Shown: piece by piece, positions 29,418 through 39,078 of the stretch
How positions within the stretch are numbered: the first letter of the stretch is position 1
Layout: every line of letters starts with the position of its first letter
DNA from: a virus
Direction: 5' to 3' (one strand)
Length of the DNA: 64,000 nt
IMG/VR virus record: IMGVR_UViG_3300010965_000002
Span: 112,944 to 176,943 of that record
The notes under the pieces: generated by a model
The model's input: only the letters and a program-made list of their open reading frames with translations
What the model was told of the DNA's origin: nothing
Databases searched by the model: none
Made by a program: the position numbers and the translations under genes

Positions 29418-30363
29418 TTGCGCATACGGTAAATACACTGTGTACAGCTACCTCTTTTGTCAAGCACTAGAAGTAGCTTGTCACGTTTGTGGAGTGCTGA
29501 AAGTGAACCCGATAAATGACTATGAAATCAATAGCGGCTTGAACAGGTCTATCCGCTACACTGACAGTCCACAAGCCCAACGCTGGGCTAAAACCGTTTG
29601 GAGAAACTGGCTGCTTCGACAGCCAGAATTCGTTTGTGCGGTACCTACAGTCATAGGACCTGCTGCACGAATCACAAGTCAAGTAAGCTCTACGTTTAGC
29701 CGAGGCCATCAGCGAACCATCGACCTTGACAAAGTTCTTGAGCACGCACAGACTCACAAGCTAGGCTACATCTACGAACTGGAAATCTCAGGCAACTGGT
29801 GCATGATGTACGCACCCTGGCAGTGGCTGTTGTTGAACAAGCCTCAAGTTGATTGGTGGCGTGTAGATAGTCGTGAAGCCTTGCGCGGTATTCTGGATTG
29901 GATGCACGCCGAACAAACGGCTTTGCCAAAAGACATATCCCGTCTGTCTGCCGATCAAGCGCAGGAGCGCAGCTTCGATTGGCACTACAGGATGGAGTTG
30001 AAATCCGAGTCACGAAAGACCGATGTAGGTGAACGCATTGAAGTAGCGCCCGGCGTTTACCAATTGTGTGATGAACAAGCTCTGTGGTATGAAGGCCACC
30101 ACATGCACCACTGCGTTGGTGCCTACTGGTCAAGAGTAGAGGCCAAGCACATTCTCGTTTACCATGTAGACGAACCCAAAGCTACGGTTGAAGCCGTAGA
30201 AGGCCGCGTTGTTCAGTTCAGAGGCGTGTGTAATGCCAACGTTGAACTGAGCCCTGAGACAGTCGAAGTAATTACAAAGCACTCAATTTTTAATCATGAA
30301 AAAACTCGCATACAATCTTCTGTACCGTCTTGGCAACAAGCTGCCTATCCGGGTAATCTCTGA
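29374..30363 (+). CDS. second PcfJ-like domain protein (start uncertain)
   Basis: LWYEGHHMHHCVGAYW...ATVE...QFRGVCN. Confidence 0.6.
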   Translation: MLTQLTKPCTHVLVNCAYGKYTVYSYLFCQALEVACHVCGVLKVNPINDYEINSGLNRSIRYTDSPQAQRWAKTVWRNWLLRQPEFVCAVPTVIGPAARITSQVSSTFSRGHQRTIDLDKVLEHAQTHKLGYIYELEISGNWCMMYAPWQWLLLNKPQVDWWRVDSREALRGILDWMHAEQTALPKDISRLSADQAQERSFDWHYRMELKSESRKTDVGERIEVAPGVYQLCDEQALWYEGHHMHHCVGAYWSRVEAKHILVYHVDEPKATVEAVEGRVVQFRGVCNANVELSPETVEVITKHSIFNHEKTRIQSSVPSWQQAAYPGNL

Positions 30364-30889
30364 TAACGGAATGCCGTACCTTGAGCGTTACTACGTCTGT
30401 ACTCTCTTTGGTCTGCGGGTGTACCTACATCGTTTCGTTGGCAGCGACCCAATGCGTGGCTGGCACGATCATCCGTTCTATCCTTGTCTCAGCGTAGTGC
30501 TGTGGGGCGAGTACGGTGAAGAACGTGGCACACCATCTGACGTTGACTACATGATGCGTGATGTGCAGGCTACCTCTCACTTTGACATCAAGCCTCAACG
30601 TGTTCGCTGGTTCAACTGGCTTTCACGTAACACAGCCCATCGCGTTGTCATTGGCGACGATTGGACACCCGGTGTTGCTGGTGGCAAGTATTCCTCACGC
30701 AGCAAAGAGTGCTGGACGTTGTTCGTGCATCCTGCTGAGTATCGTACCGCGTGGGGCTTCTGGACACGCAATACTTGGGGACTATCATGGTCGCCGTTCG
30801 ATGGTGGTGCAGGCACCAAGTCCAGCGGTGAATGGTGGAAGACGACACACATTGGGTCTGCTCACCCACAACGTCAGCCGTCACTGTGA
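30296..30889 (+). CDS. cupin-like phage hypothetical protein
   Basis: YLERYY...YLHRF..SD..WHDHPF...GEYGEE...HRV. Confidence 0.55.
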   Translation: MKKLAYNLLYRLGNKLPIRVISDNGMPYLERYYVCTLFGLRVYLHRFVGSDPMRGWHDHPFYPCLSVVLWGEYGEERGTPSDVDYMMRDVQATSHFDIKPQRVRWFNWLSRNTAHRVVIGDDWTPGVAGGKYSSRSKECWTLFVHPAEYRTAWGFWTRNTWGLSWSPFDGGAGTKSSGEWWKTTHIGSAHPQRQPSL

Positions 30890-31104
30890 TGCAGCAGTCA
30901 GCCCTATACACATTGGCTGACAACACCGTATTCGACCTAGGTTCTATTGACGCGATTCAATCTATTTCCGACCACCTGTTCTTGGTAGTCGTGAATGGAC
31001 ATCCTGTTAATGTCAGCGACGAAACTAACACACAACGTCAGGCTCTTAGTTGGGCCTGGAGTTGTTGGCGGCTTAACCACACACGTGAGGGCCGCCTATG
31101 TTAG
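30889..31104 (+). CDS. small hypothetical protein
   Basis: Fills gap; start uncertain. Confidence 0.4.
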   Translation: MQQSALYTLADNTVFDLGSIDAIQSISDHLFLVVVNGHPVNVSDETNTQRQALSWAWSCWRLNHTREGRLC

Positions 31105-32207
31105 ATGGCATTCACATTGGTTTAGACCCTGACGGCATAAGAGTGTTATGCAACGAACGGTGGATGGCTCCAAAAGACATCCCTAAAAATACGCCTGACA
31201 GAAGCAACTGCTTCAACGTCAAGAGCCACACGTCTGAACACAAACTGTCCATAGGCTTCAAGAAAGACAAGCTCATTTTCAAAATGAACCCCACGTCTTT
31301 CTTGTCTGGACAGAATGTGGCAGGCTCCAATAACGCCCATCAGTTGGTTGTGCAGACAATGCAGCGACTTGAACAGATGGGTATCATTCAGTTTAGTCCT
31401 GCGGCCAAACAACGAGTCAAAGAAGGCAACTACGACATTCACCAAATGGCATTCAACAAGTATCTGGAGTTAGGCAACCGACCTAAGATGGAGGTGTTCG
31501 ACCTGCTTAAAACGATTTACGGTGGCGTGTGTTCGCATATCGCGTTCATACTCAATGAGGCTTACCACATGTACTCTGGTACAGGCTTCATTGTCACTAA
31601 CAGATCGTTGGCCCTGACAGTGTACGACAAAGAGCTTGAGATTGCGTCGAAGAAAAGAAAATATGTAGGCCAAGCGTTACCCGACCTACCACACTTGCGC
31701 ACTAAGATGAGGTGTGAAGTAACTGTAAAGTATAGTTACTTCTCCAAAAGCAAACGGCGCATGTCTTGGTGGATTGGTAAAGACTGGGACGCAGAGGCCG
31801 AAGACATCATTGCTGCCGGCCTTGAACGTTTCCGTGTTGACTATCTACTGGGCTGCCCCAATGTTTTTGAACCTGACTACACTGCGTCTTGGAAGCCAAA
31901 GCATAAAAACTTGTTCAAGTCGTGGGAAGCAGGTAGTGCCCTAAGCAAGAATCAACGTGGTACGTTGCTACGCTTCTACGGGTTTGATGCAGAACTCAAC
32001 GTGACTGCGCATAGAAATACCTTGTGGACGTTGCGCCGCACTATGGATGGGTCTCCTCCGCGAGTGTCAGAACTCACTGGTGTCGATCACTTCCCAGGCA
32101 AAGACTTGTGTGCGCCACTTTTGCCATTCAACCGCCATCTGTGCCTCGGTGCAGATACCAAAACCCTTCGCGACATAGCTGAACGTTGCAAAACTCACAA
32201 GGCGTAA
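31098..32207 (+). CDS. phage/plasmid replication protein gene II/X (Rep_trans-like) family nickase
   Basis: MNPTSFLSGQNVAGS resembles GNPAKxLQGHNxFG; LTVYDKELE (YxKxxE) and MRCEV motifs. Confidence 0.6.
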   Translation: MLDGIHIGLDPDGIRVLCNERWMAPKDIPKNTPDRSNCFNVKSHTSEHKLSIGFKKDKLIFKMNPTSFLSGQNVAGSNNAHQLVVQTMQRLEQMGIIQFSPAAKQRVKEGNYDIHQMAFNKYLELGNRPKMEVFDLLKTIYGGVCSHIAFILNEAYHMYSGTGFIVTNRSLALTVYDKELEIASKKRKYVGQALPDLPHLRTKMRCEVTVKYSYFSKSKRRMSWWIGKDWDAEAEDIIAAGLERFRVDYLLGCPNVFEPDYTASWKPKHKNLFKSWEAGSALSKNQRGTLLRFYGFDAELNVTAHRNTLWTLRRTMDGSPPRVSELTGVDHFPGKDLCAPLLPFNRHLCLGADTKTLRDIAERCKTHKA

Positions 32208-32266
32208 GACTAATTTTACTGTCTCCGCAATGTGAGATTTTCCAACTTAACTACAGTCGAGAACGC

Positions 32267-34606
32267 ATGAAAACAGAGGACCTAATGAACGTCACTAAAC
32301 GCAACGGGGAAAAGCAACCCCGCGATATTTCCAAGATTCAACGCGCAGTTACTTGGGCCTGCCAAGGACTCAACGTCAGCCAAAGCGATTTGGAAACGCG
32401 CATCCATTTGAATCTGACCGAAGGCGTCAAGACAATTGACATTCAGAAGACCCTAATCATGGCAGCCGCCGATATGATTAGCGAGTCATGCCCCGACGCT
32501 GCTTACGTGGCCGCCCGCTTCTTGTTGCAGACCTTGTACAAGTACGCCAACAATGGCAGCATCACTTACCCCAACTGGCTCGAATACGCCAAGCTGGGTG
32601 TGGCGCACAAACTGCTTGATGCAAAACTGATCGACCCCACACAGTTTGATCTGACTGCTATCAATGACGCAATCAAGCCTGAGCGCGATTTGGCGTTCGA
32701 CTACCTTGGCTTGCAAACACTTGCCGACCGCTATCTGCTTCGTATCGAGGCCGAAGACCGTATCATCGAACTGCCTCAGCACATGCTGATGCGCGTTGCT
32801 ATGGGTGTTGCGTCACGCGAGGAAACTCTGGAGAAGCGTACTCACTACGCAATCGCCTACTACGAGTCCTACAGTGATCGTCGCAGTATCAACAGCACGC
32901 CTACATTGTTCAACAGCGGCACACTGCATCCTCAGTTGAGCAGTTGCTTCGGCACCTTCATCGGTGACAGCATTGACGGCATCATGGACGGCATGAAGGA
33001 AGTTGCTCAGTACAGCAAGTTCTCAGGTGGTTGCTCTATCGACATTGGCGGTGTTCGCAGCACAGGCTCACGTATTGGCAGCACACGCGGCAAAGCTGGT
33101 GGCCCCATTCCGTACCTCAAGTTGTACAACGACGTCCTGATTGGCTTCGATCAAAGCGGCAAACGCAAAGGCAGCGGCAGCGCATACATCGAACCTTGGC
33201 ACGTTGACGTGTACCGTTTCTTGGACTTGCGTGAACCAGGTGATGAACGCTTACGTGCTCACGACATCTTCCCGGCCATGTGGATTCCAGACTTGTTCAT
33301 GCAGCGCGTTAGCGAAGGCGGCATGTGGTCACTGTTCGACCCCAAGGTTGTTCCGCAACTGCACGAAACATACGGTGAAACGTTTGAAGCCCTGTACATC
33401 CAAGCTGAAAAGGATGGTTTGGCCGCAGAGCAGATTCATGCCGAAGACCTGTGGTTCACCATCATCGAACGTCTTTGGACACACGGCGTGTACTGGCCTT
33501 GCTTCAAGGATACTGTCAACTACCGTTACGCACAGCCTGAGATTGTTCACCAAAGCAACCTCTGTACTGAAATCACACTGCGCAACGACGACGACGTGTC
33601 CTTTGTCTGCAACTTGGGTTCGGTGAACATGGCGCATCCAAAGCATTTGCTGAAACGCGATGCGTTGGGTAACTTCCTGTGGAATGCCGAACTGGAAGCC
33701 ACCACCCGATTGATGGTTCGCAACCTTGACAGCGTGATTAGCATTGGCATCATTCCACATGCCAAGGGCAAGCGTATGCAAGAGCTTGATCGTCCTATCG
33801 GTCTTGGCATCATGGGTTGGGCAGAAGCGTTGTACGCATTGGGCATTGACTACGAAAGTGCCGACCACGTTGTTTATGCGAATGAAGCCTTGAAGCAAAT
33901 CTCGCTGACAGCCATTGACGAAAGCGCCAACCTTGCAGCCGAATGGGGTTCGTATCCGACGTTCGACGTTAGCACCTGGAAAGACGGCCAACTGCCAATT
34001 GACAGCCTGCGTCATCGCCGTGTTGTTGACAAGTTCAAACTTGACATCGTGAACACCAATGCCCCGTTTGGTGACATGGATGCACTGCGTGCGAAAGTTC
34101 AGAAGGGTATGCGTAACAGCACCTTGATGGCTATTGCACCTACTGCCACTATTGCCAACATCATCGGTACGACGCCTTGTACGGAATTGCCGTGGGACAA
34201 AGTCTTCACCAAGAAGAACCTCAGCGGTACGTTCAAGTATCTGGCGCACACGTTGACCAACAATCCAGCAGGTCTGCCTTTCAAAGCGGCAAACTCTGTT
34301 GACCAATTGTGGACTGTGTGGAGTACAGCAGCCCGTCAGTTCTGGATTGACCAGGCACAGAGTACGAACTACTATGTGAACCCGGCCATTCCCGAAGACA
34401 AAATCGGTGACAGCATCAGCGACATGTACAAGGAAGCATGGCTGTGCGGCAACAAGACTTCGTACTACCTGTACGGACAAGCCGAAGAAGGTGCTGTCAG
34501 TTTGGAAACTCCTCTGGTTGGAACCGACTTGGTTGTTGCTGACGCAGAACCTGAAGGTCGCTTCTGTTCTATTGATGCCGGCCCTGATTGCGAAGCATGT
34601 CAGTAA
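32267..34606 (+). CDS. nrdA: ribonucleotide reductase class Ia alpha subunit with ATP cone
   Basis: VTKRNG ATP cone, STPTLFNSG, SSCF, SNLCTEI, VCNLGS, APTAT, TSYY, C-terminal CxxC. Confidence 0.95.
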   Translation: MKTEDLMNVTKRNGEKQPRDISKIQRAVTWACQGLNVSQSDLETRIHLNLTEGVKTIDIQKTLIMAAADMISESCPDAAYVAARFLLQTLYKYANNGSITYPNWLEYAKLGVAHKLLDAKLIDPTQFDLTAINDAIKPERDLAFDYLGLQTLADRYLLRIEAEDRIIELPQHMLMRVAMGVASREETLEKRTHYAIAYYESYSDRRSINSTPTLFNSGTLHPQLSSCFGTFIGDSIDGIMDGMKEVAQYSKFSGGCSIDIGGVRSTGSRIGSTRGKAGGPIPYLKLYNDVLIGFDQSGKRKGSGSAYIEPWHVDVYRFLDLREPGDERLRAHDIFPAMWIPDLFMQRVSEGGMWSLFDPKVVPQLHETYGETFEALYIQAEKDGLAAEQIHAEDLWFTIIERLWTHGVYWPCFKDTVNYRYAQPEIVHQSNLCTEITLRNDDDVSFVCNLGSVNMAHPKHLLKRDALGNFLWNAELEATTRLMVRNLDSVISIGIIPHAKGKRMQELDRPIGLGIMGWAEALYALGIDYESADHVVYANEALKQISLTAIDESANLAAEWGSYPTFDVSTWKDGQLPIDSLRHRRVVDKFKLDIVNTNAPFGDMDALRAKVQKGMRNSTLMAIAPTATIANIIGTTPCTELPWDKVFTKKNLSGTFKYLAHTLTNNPAGLPFKAANSVDQLWTVWSTAARQFWIDQAQSTNYYVNPAIPEDKIGDSISDMYKEAWLCGNKTSYYLYGQAEEGAVSLETPLVGTDLVVADAEPEGRFCSIDAGPDCEACQ

Positions 34607-34800
34607 TTGACCAAATCCTACAAGTGCTGGTTGCACTGTGGCTCTGGGATGTGTCAGTATTCTCCAACCCTTGGATGTACTGGCCGTTACTTGTGCCTGT
34701 GATGTTCTTCTTCATCTTCTTCATCTGCAAGTGGATGGTGTTAACAGCCCCGCTATGGTTGCCTATCGCAATCATTGCCAACCAGTTCAAACGCCGATAA
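34597..34800 (+). CDS. small membrane protein
   Basis: Hydrophobic ORF between nrdA and nrdB. Confidence 0.5.
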   Translation: MSVIDQILQVLVALWLWDVSVFSNPWMYWPLLVPVMFFFIFFICKWMVLTAPLWLPIAIIANQFKRR

Positions 34801-34841
34801 ACCATAAGGCCCGCTTCGGCGGGTCTAACTTTCTGGACTAT

Positions 34842-35870
34842 ATGAAAGATAAACGGACAACCGCAGAGATTGTCAACGCCCGGCGTATTATCAACGGGCC
34901 ATCTGACATGCTTCGCGCAGTAAGTGCTACGCGATACCCATGGGCGCGTGATGTTTGGAAGAAGATGATCGCAAACACCTGGTTTGTGGAAAACATCGTC
35001 CTCACACGCGACGTTGGCGAGTACCAGCTTTTGGAAGAAGGTCAGCAAGTTGCGATTCAACGCGCACTTGGCTTCCTGTCGAACTTGGATAGCATTCAGG
35101 TCGACAACTTGACACGCAACGTGATGACCTTTGTTACCGACCCCATGATCGCGCAGTTGATGCGTCGTCAAGCGGCGGAGGAAGACATCCACGTTGAAAC
35201 CTATAGCGCCATTGTCGAGACAGTCATCAAAGACCCTATGGCAGTGTATGACCTGTACTACCATGTGCCTCAACTGGCTGACAAGAATGACTACATCGTT
35301 GCACAAGGTGCTACAGTCAGCAATGCGCCGACAGACGAAAACAAAGTCAAGGCCTTGGTCAGCAACATGATTCTGGAAGGTGTCTACTTCTTCTCTGGCT
35401 TCCTGACGTTCTACACGATTGGACGCAGCACCGGAAAGATTCAAGGCATCATTGACGGTATCAAGTACATCCAACGGGATGAAGTGACTCACTTGGAATT
35501 GTTCCAACTCACCTACTTGAGCTTGCGCCAAGAACGTCCTGATCTGTTCACTCCTGAACTGATTGAAGAATGCCGTCAGATGTTCCGTTATGCGGCGGCG
35601 CTGGAAATTGAATGGGGTTGCTTCGTTATCGCTAAAGGCGTGCTCGGACTTACCCGTGAAATCTTCACTGGCTTCATTCAGACCTTGGCTCACGAACGTG
35701 CTGCTGCAATTGGTATCGACGGTGTGTTCCCTGATGCCAAGATCACTGTGCCTTGGTTCGACGATTATGCCAAGATCAACAATGGTCAAAGCAACTTCTT
35801 CGAGGCCAAGCCACAGACCTACTCGCATCGCAAGCCTAGCTTTACGCGAAGTGCTGCTACACGACAGTAA
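34842..35870 (+). CDS. nrdB: ribonucleotide reductase class Ia beta subunit
   Basis: LD, EDIH..TY (radical Tyr), LEGVYFFSGF, RDEVTH di-metal ligands; NFFE C-terminus. Confidence 0.95.
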   Translation: MKDKRTTAEIVNARRIINGPSDMLRAVSATRYPWARDVWKKMIANTWFVENIVLTRDVGEYQLLEEGQQVAIQRALGFLSNLDSIQVDNLTRNVMTFVTDPMIAQLMRRQAAEEDIHVETYSAIVETVIKDPMAVYDLYYHVPQLADKNDYIVAQGATVSNAPTDENKVKALVSNMILEGVYFFSGFLTFYTIGRSTGKIQGIIDGIKYIQRDEVTHLELFQLTYLSLRQERPDLFTPELIEECRQMFRYAAALEIEWGCFVIAKGVLGLTREIFTGFIQTLAHERAAAIGIDGVFPDAKITVPWFDDYAKINNGQSNFFEAKPQTYSHRKPSFTRSAATRQ

Positions 35871-35883
35871 GTGACGTTCCTAA

Positions 35884-35959
35884 CTAGACCTTGCAGGCTA
35901 ATAACGGTCTGCAAGGTCTAGTGCATTCGGCGCTGTAAATAGACCATGTAGAATGCACT
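35884..35959. promoter_or_regulatory. 13-bp hairpin plus 9-bp inverted repeat enclosing a CTGTAAATA motif
   Basis: CTAGACCTTGCAG/CTGCAAGGTCTAG; AGTGCATTC/GAATGCACT flanking 35933-35941. Confidence 0.6.
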
Positions 35960-35981
35960 CTTAACCTAAAGGTAATCAACC

Positions 35982-37328
35982 ATGCAAATTCACGTTTTAG
36001 ACCCACAGTACGCGGGTGACCCCGAAGCCGTTGCGATGTTGCAGGCTTTCTATAGCCGCAGCGGTGAAAGCATTGTCTCTCGCCTCGAACGCCTCGGCAA
36101 CAATCTGACCGCCGTTAAAAAGGCGTTGCATCGCTACTTCATTGGCTACGGGCATCAAAGCATCGGTGACTGTGGTGTTGTCACTGTGTTCATTGAAGGC
36201 GTGTCTATTCTTGCAGCCAAGGCACTCCAAGAAAACCCTTTGTACAACGGTCAAGAATGCAGCACACGCTACATCGAACTCTCAGGCGCTATGCACGTTG
36301 GTTCGCCTACGGCTATGTGGTGGCAAGCTGAGTACCACAAGGTACGTGAAGCTGTACTCAAAGGTGTGCGTGCCGAGCACCCTTACGAAGCTGGCGACGG
36401 TTTCGACATCAACAACCCTGAGCATACCAAGCCTGGCTCGAACTACGCTACTTGGGAAAACGCAACAACCGCGCGTGCGTTTGACATTGCCCGTGGCTGG
36501 ATTCCTTGTGACGCATTGACCAATTTGAGTTGGTCTATCACACTGCGCAAAGCAACTGAAATCACTACCCAACTCAGTGGTCATCCAATGGCTGAGGTAC
36601 GTGAAATGGCTATCGCCTTGCGCCAGAAACTGTGTGAAGCCTATCCGCATGGTATTGCTGCACCAACAAAGGCCGACTCCGAACATGCCGAATGGTTGCG
36701 TTCAAATCTTGACGCATGGTATTGTTCGCCTGTATTGCCGTTGGACTGCACTGTTGACGCAAAGGCTTCTGCACCTTACGCTTGCTTTACGCAAGAGCAG
36801 TTGACATTCATCAACAACCGTCCTCGCCATACTCCGTTGCCTCACGGCTTGGAAACGATGGCTCACTTTGTTATTCAAGGTCAGATCGACTACGGCACCT
36901 GGCGTGACATGCAGCGTCATCGTCGCAACATCGGTCTGCCTCCAGCAGTTCGACCCACAGAGTTCCACACTTGGTACTGTGAGCAGGTGCAACGCTACGT
37001 TCCTGGTATGGCAGGTGATGACTTCGTGGCTGCCGCTATGAACCAACTGGACAAGCAAAAGAAGAACGACTGGAATCCCGATGTGTCGCAGTACGACTGT
37101 CCACTGGGTACTGTTGTTCCTTACCGCTACGAAATGGGTCTGTCACAAGCCCTGTACTTCGCTGAATTGCGTAGTGGTAATACGGTACACGCCATCCTCC
37201 GACCGATTGCACAGCAACTTGCTGATGCTTTACGCGGGTACGGTATCCGTGTTGACAATGACAATCAACCCGCACGCTTTGATTTGCGTCGCGGCACTCA
37301 AACTATTTATGCAAAGGAATCAGCATGA
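35982..37328 (+). CDS. thyX: flavin-dependent thymidylate synthase, long two-domain type
   Basis: YGHQSI, QECSTRY, RDMQRHR, ELRS, H..LR motifs. Confidence 0.8.
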   Translation: MQIHVLDPQYAGDPEAVAMLQAFYSRSGESIVSRLERLGNNLTAVKKALHRYFIGYGHQSIGDCGVVTVFIEGVSILAAKALQENPLYNGQECSTRYIELSGAMHVGSPTAMWWQAEYHKVREAVLKGVRAEHPYEAGDGFDINNPEHTKPGSNYATWENATTARAFDIARGWIPCDALTNLSWSITLRKATEITTQLSGHPMAEVREMAIALRQKLCEAYPHGIAAPTKADSEHAEWLRSNLDAWYCSPVLPLDCTVDAKASAPYACFTQEQLTFINNRPRHTPLPHGLETMAHFVIQGQIDYGTWRDMQRHRRNIGLPPAVRPTEFHTWYCEQVQRYVPGMAGDDFVAAAMNQLDKQKKNDWNPDVSQYDCPLGTVVPYRYEMGLSQALYFAELRSGNTVHAILRPIAQQLADALRGYGIRVDNDNQPARFDLRRGTQTIYAKESA

Positions 37329-37606
37329 ACTTCGGTCAAGTCCTAGACGCAATGCACGGCGGCAAACGCGCACGCCGCCCTCACATGGCTCCAGGTGTAT
37401 TCATCTATCTGGTGCCTGGCAGTGAATTCACTGTTAGCCGCGCACCCTTGAATGTCATCTATCCAGAAGGCACGCAGATCAAGTACCAGCCCCACATTGA
37501 CATCGCGTATGGCAGTGGTGTGTGTGGTGTTTGGCCGATGCCTCAAGCTGACGTTCTCGCTGACGATTGGCAACTCCTCGAAACCTTTACGCCAGGCGCA
37601 GCGTAA
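37325..37606 (+). CDS. DUF2829 / Tad2-like anti-defence protein
   Basis: MNFGQVLDAMHGGKRARR...W.MPQADVLADDW. Confidence 0.7.
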   Translation: MNFGQVLDAMHGGKRARRPHMAPGVFIYLVPGSEFTVSRAPLNVIYPEGTQIKYQPHIDIAYGSGVCGVWPMPQADVLADDWQLLETFTPGAA

Positions 37607-37648
37607 ACCACCTGCCTCTTAACGGCAACTACTCGTTAGAAAGAAATC

Positions 37649-38581
37649 ATGCTGCAATCAAATGAACTAGAGCGGGCGATACGTCGTTTCCGTCAAAGCT
37701 ACGAAGCGAACGTTAGTAACGGGAACCAGGAGCTCCGCGTTAGTCAGATGCTTGAGCATGATCGCAAGAACTGGGAAAAGCGCGAAGGTGAATTGCACCC
37801 AAGCTCTTTTCCGTTCTGCGGTTTACGCTACGCCTATGAACTGGCAAATCGTGAAGAAGACCCAATTGTCAATATGGACTTTGGCCGTGACTACTTCCTG
37901 AATGCAGGTAGTGTGTTTCACAGTGCAGTTCAAAAGTGGATGGGCAATGGCGGTCAAATGCTTGGAGACTGGAAATGCCTTGAGTGTGGTGCCAAACACA
38001 GCTTCAAAGCCAAGCCCGAGAAATGCCGTAAGTGTGGCGGTATGCACCTTGAGTACCATGAGCTTGGTGGCACATGGGGCAAGAACGTCCACTGGCATAC
38101 TGATGGCCTATGGAAAAACAAGAAGCTCTGGGTTGTTGACTACAAGACAACGAGTTCCTACGCTATTGAGCAACAGCGTAAAACAAAGCAGGTGTTTCCA
38201 TACACCTCCAATCGCTTTCAGATTGAAACGTATGTGCCTTTGATTGAAGACACCTACGATGTTGAAATTGCTGGCTGGCTGCTAGTCTACTGTGCCCGTG
38301 ATAATCCAAATCACATGTTCAAAGTAGAAGTGGTAGGCGGCCTGATTGATGATGCGCGACGCGAACAATTACGCGAACGCCTCGAAACCGCAGACAACGA
38401 TTGGACTATTGCACGTAAGGTTGTTGAACAGCCCGTCAAAGTTTACAAGCGTCTGCAAAAAACCAAGCTGTGTGAGGACAAAGATTTCTACGATCACTTC
38501 ATACATGACAAATACAACCCATGCCCGCTGGCGAAAGTCTGCTTTGGTAGTAAGCTCAACACCAAGTTAGGAATTGTTTAA
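37649..38581 (+). CDS. Cas4-like PD-(D/E)XK exonuclease
   Basis: PSSFPFC, GSVFH, HTDG, VDYKT, QIETY, C-terminal CPLAKVC. Confidence 0.75.
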   Translation: MLQSNELERAIRRFRQSYEANVSNGNQELRVSQMLEHDRKNWEKREGELHPSSFPFCGLRYAYELANREEDPIVNMDFGRDYFLNAGSVFHSAVQKWMGNGGQMLGDWKCLECGAKHSFKAKPEKCRKCGGMHLEYHELGGTWGKNVHWHTDGLWKNKKLWVVDYKTTSSYAIEQQRKTKQVFPYTSNRFQIETYVPLIEDTYDVEIAGWLLVYCARDNPNHMFKVEVVGGLIDDARREQLRERLETADNDWTIARKVVEQPVKVYKRLQKTKLCEDKDFYDHFIHDKYNPCPLAKVCFGSKLNTKLGIV

Positions 38582-39078
38582 TGAGCGACGAAGAACTTTC
38601 ACCCGAAGCACATGCACTGTACCAACTGTTTGACTCCCTAGTGACAGACGATTGGGCTGATGTACACTCGTATGCAGCTTACGTTGCACCCATTGCTCGA
38701 TGGCTACCTCCACCGAAGTGGAGAGCGTTGTGGCACGAACTCGGGTCACATCACATGTTGGCCTACAGCGTAAGATCAGGCACTGACTGTGTATCTCGCT
38801 GGCGTGATCGCTATCCGTCCAATCCAAAGGACCACTTGTTAACCCAGACGGTCTTTGTAAATTTGGAAGCACGCTACGCAGAATGGACTACCTTCTGCTG
38901 GGACGCATGGAACGAATTCCTACTGTGGTGCGGTATCCAAACCGAAGCCCTTTGGCAACTGAACAACGCCTTCTTGATTCTCAGTCAGGCAGGCGTATTA
39001 GAAACTCGAAATAGCGGCACCGAAATACGGGTGACGCCAGAAAGCGCAAAATGGAAATTAAACAAGGCGTCTACGTAA
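38581..39078 (+). CDS. hypothetical protein
   Basis: Coupled to both neighbours. Confidence 0.6.
   Translation: MSDEELSPEAHALYQLFDSLVTDDWADVHSYAAYVAPIARWLPPPKWRALWHELGSHHMLAYSVRSGTDCVSRWRDRYPSNPKDHLLTQTVFVNLEARYAEWTTFCWDAWNEFLLWCGIQTEALWQLNNAFLILSQAGVLETRNSGTEIRVTPESAKWKLNKAST

Noticed and set aside
33329-35828. Long antisense ORFs over nrdA/nrdB (and similar shadows over fibre and topoisomerase genes)
   Set aside because: Expected stop-poor reverse frames of codon-biased genes; no motifs
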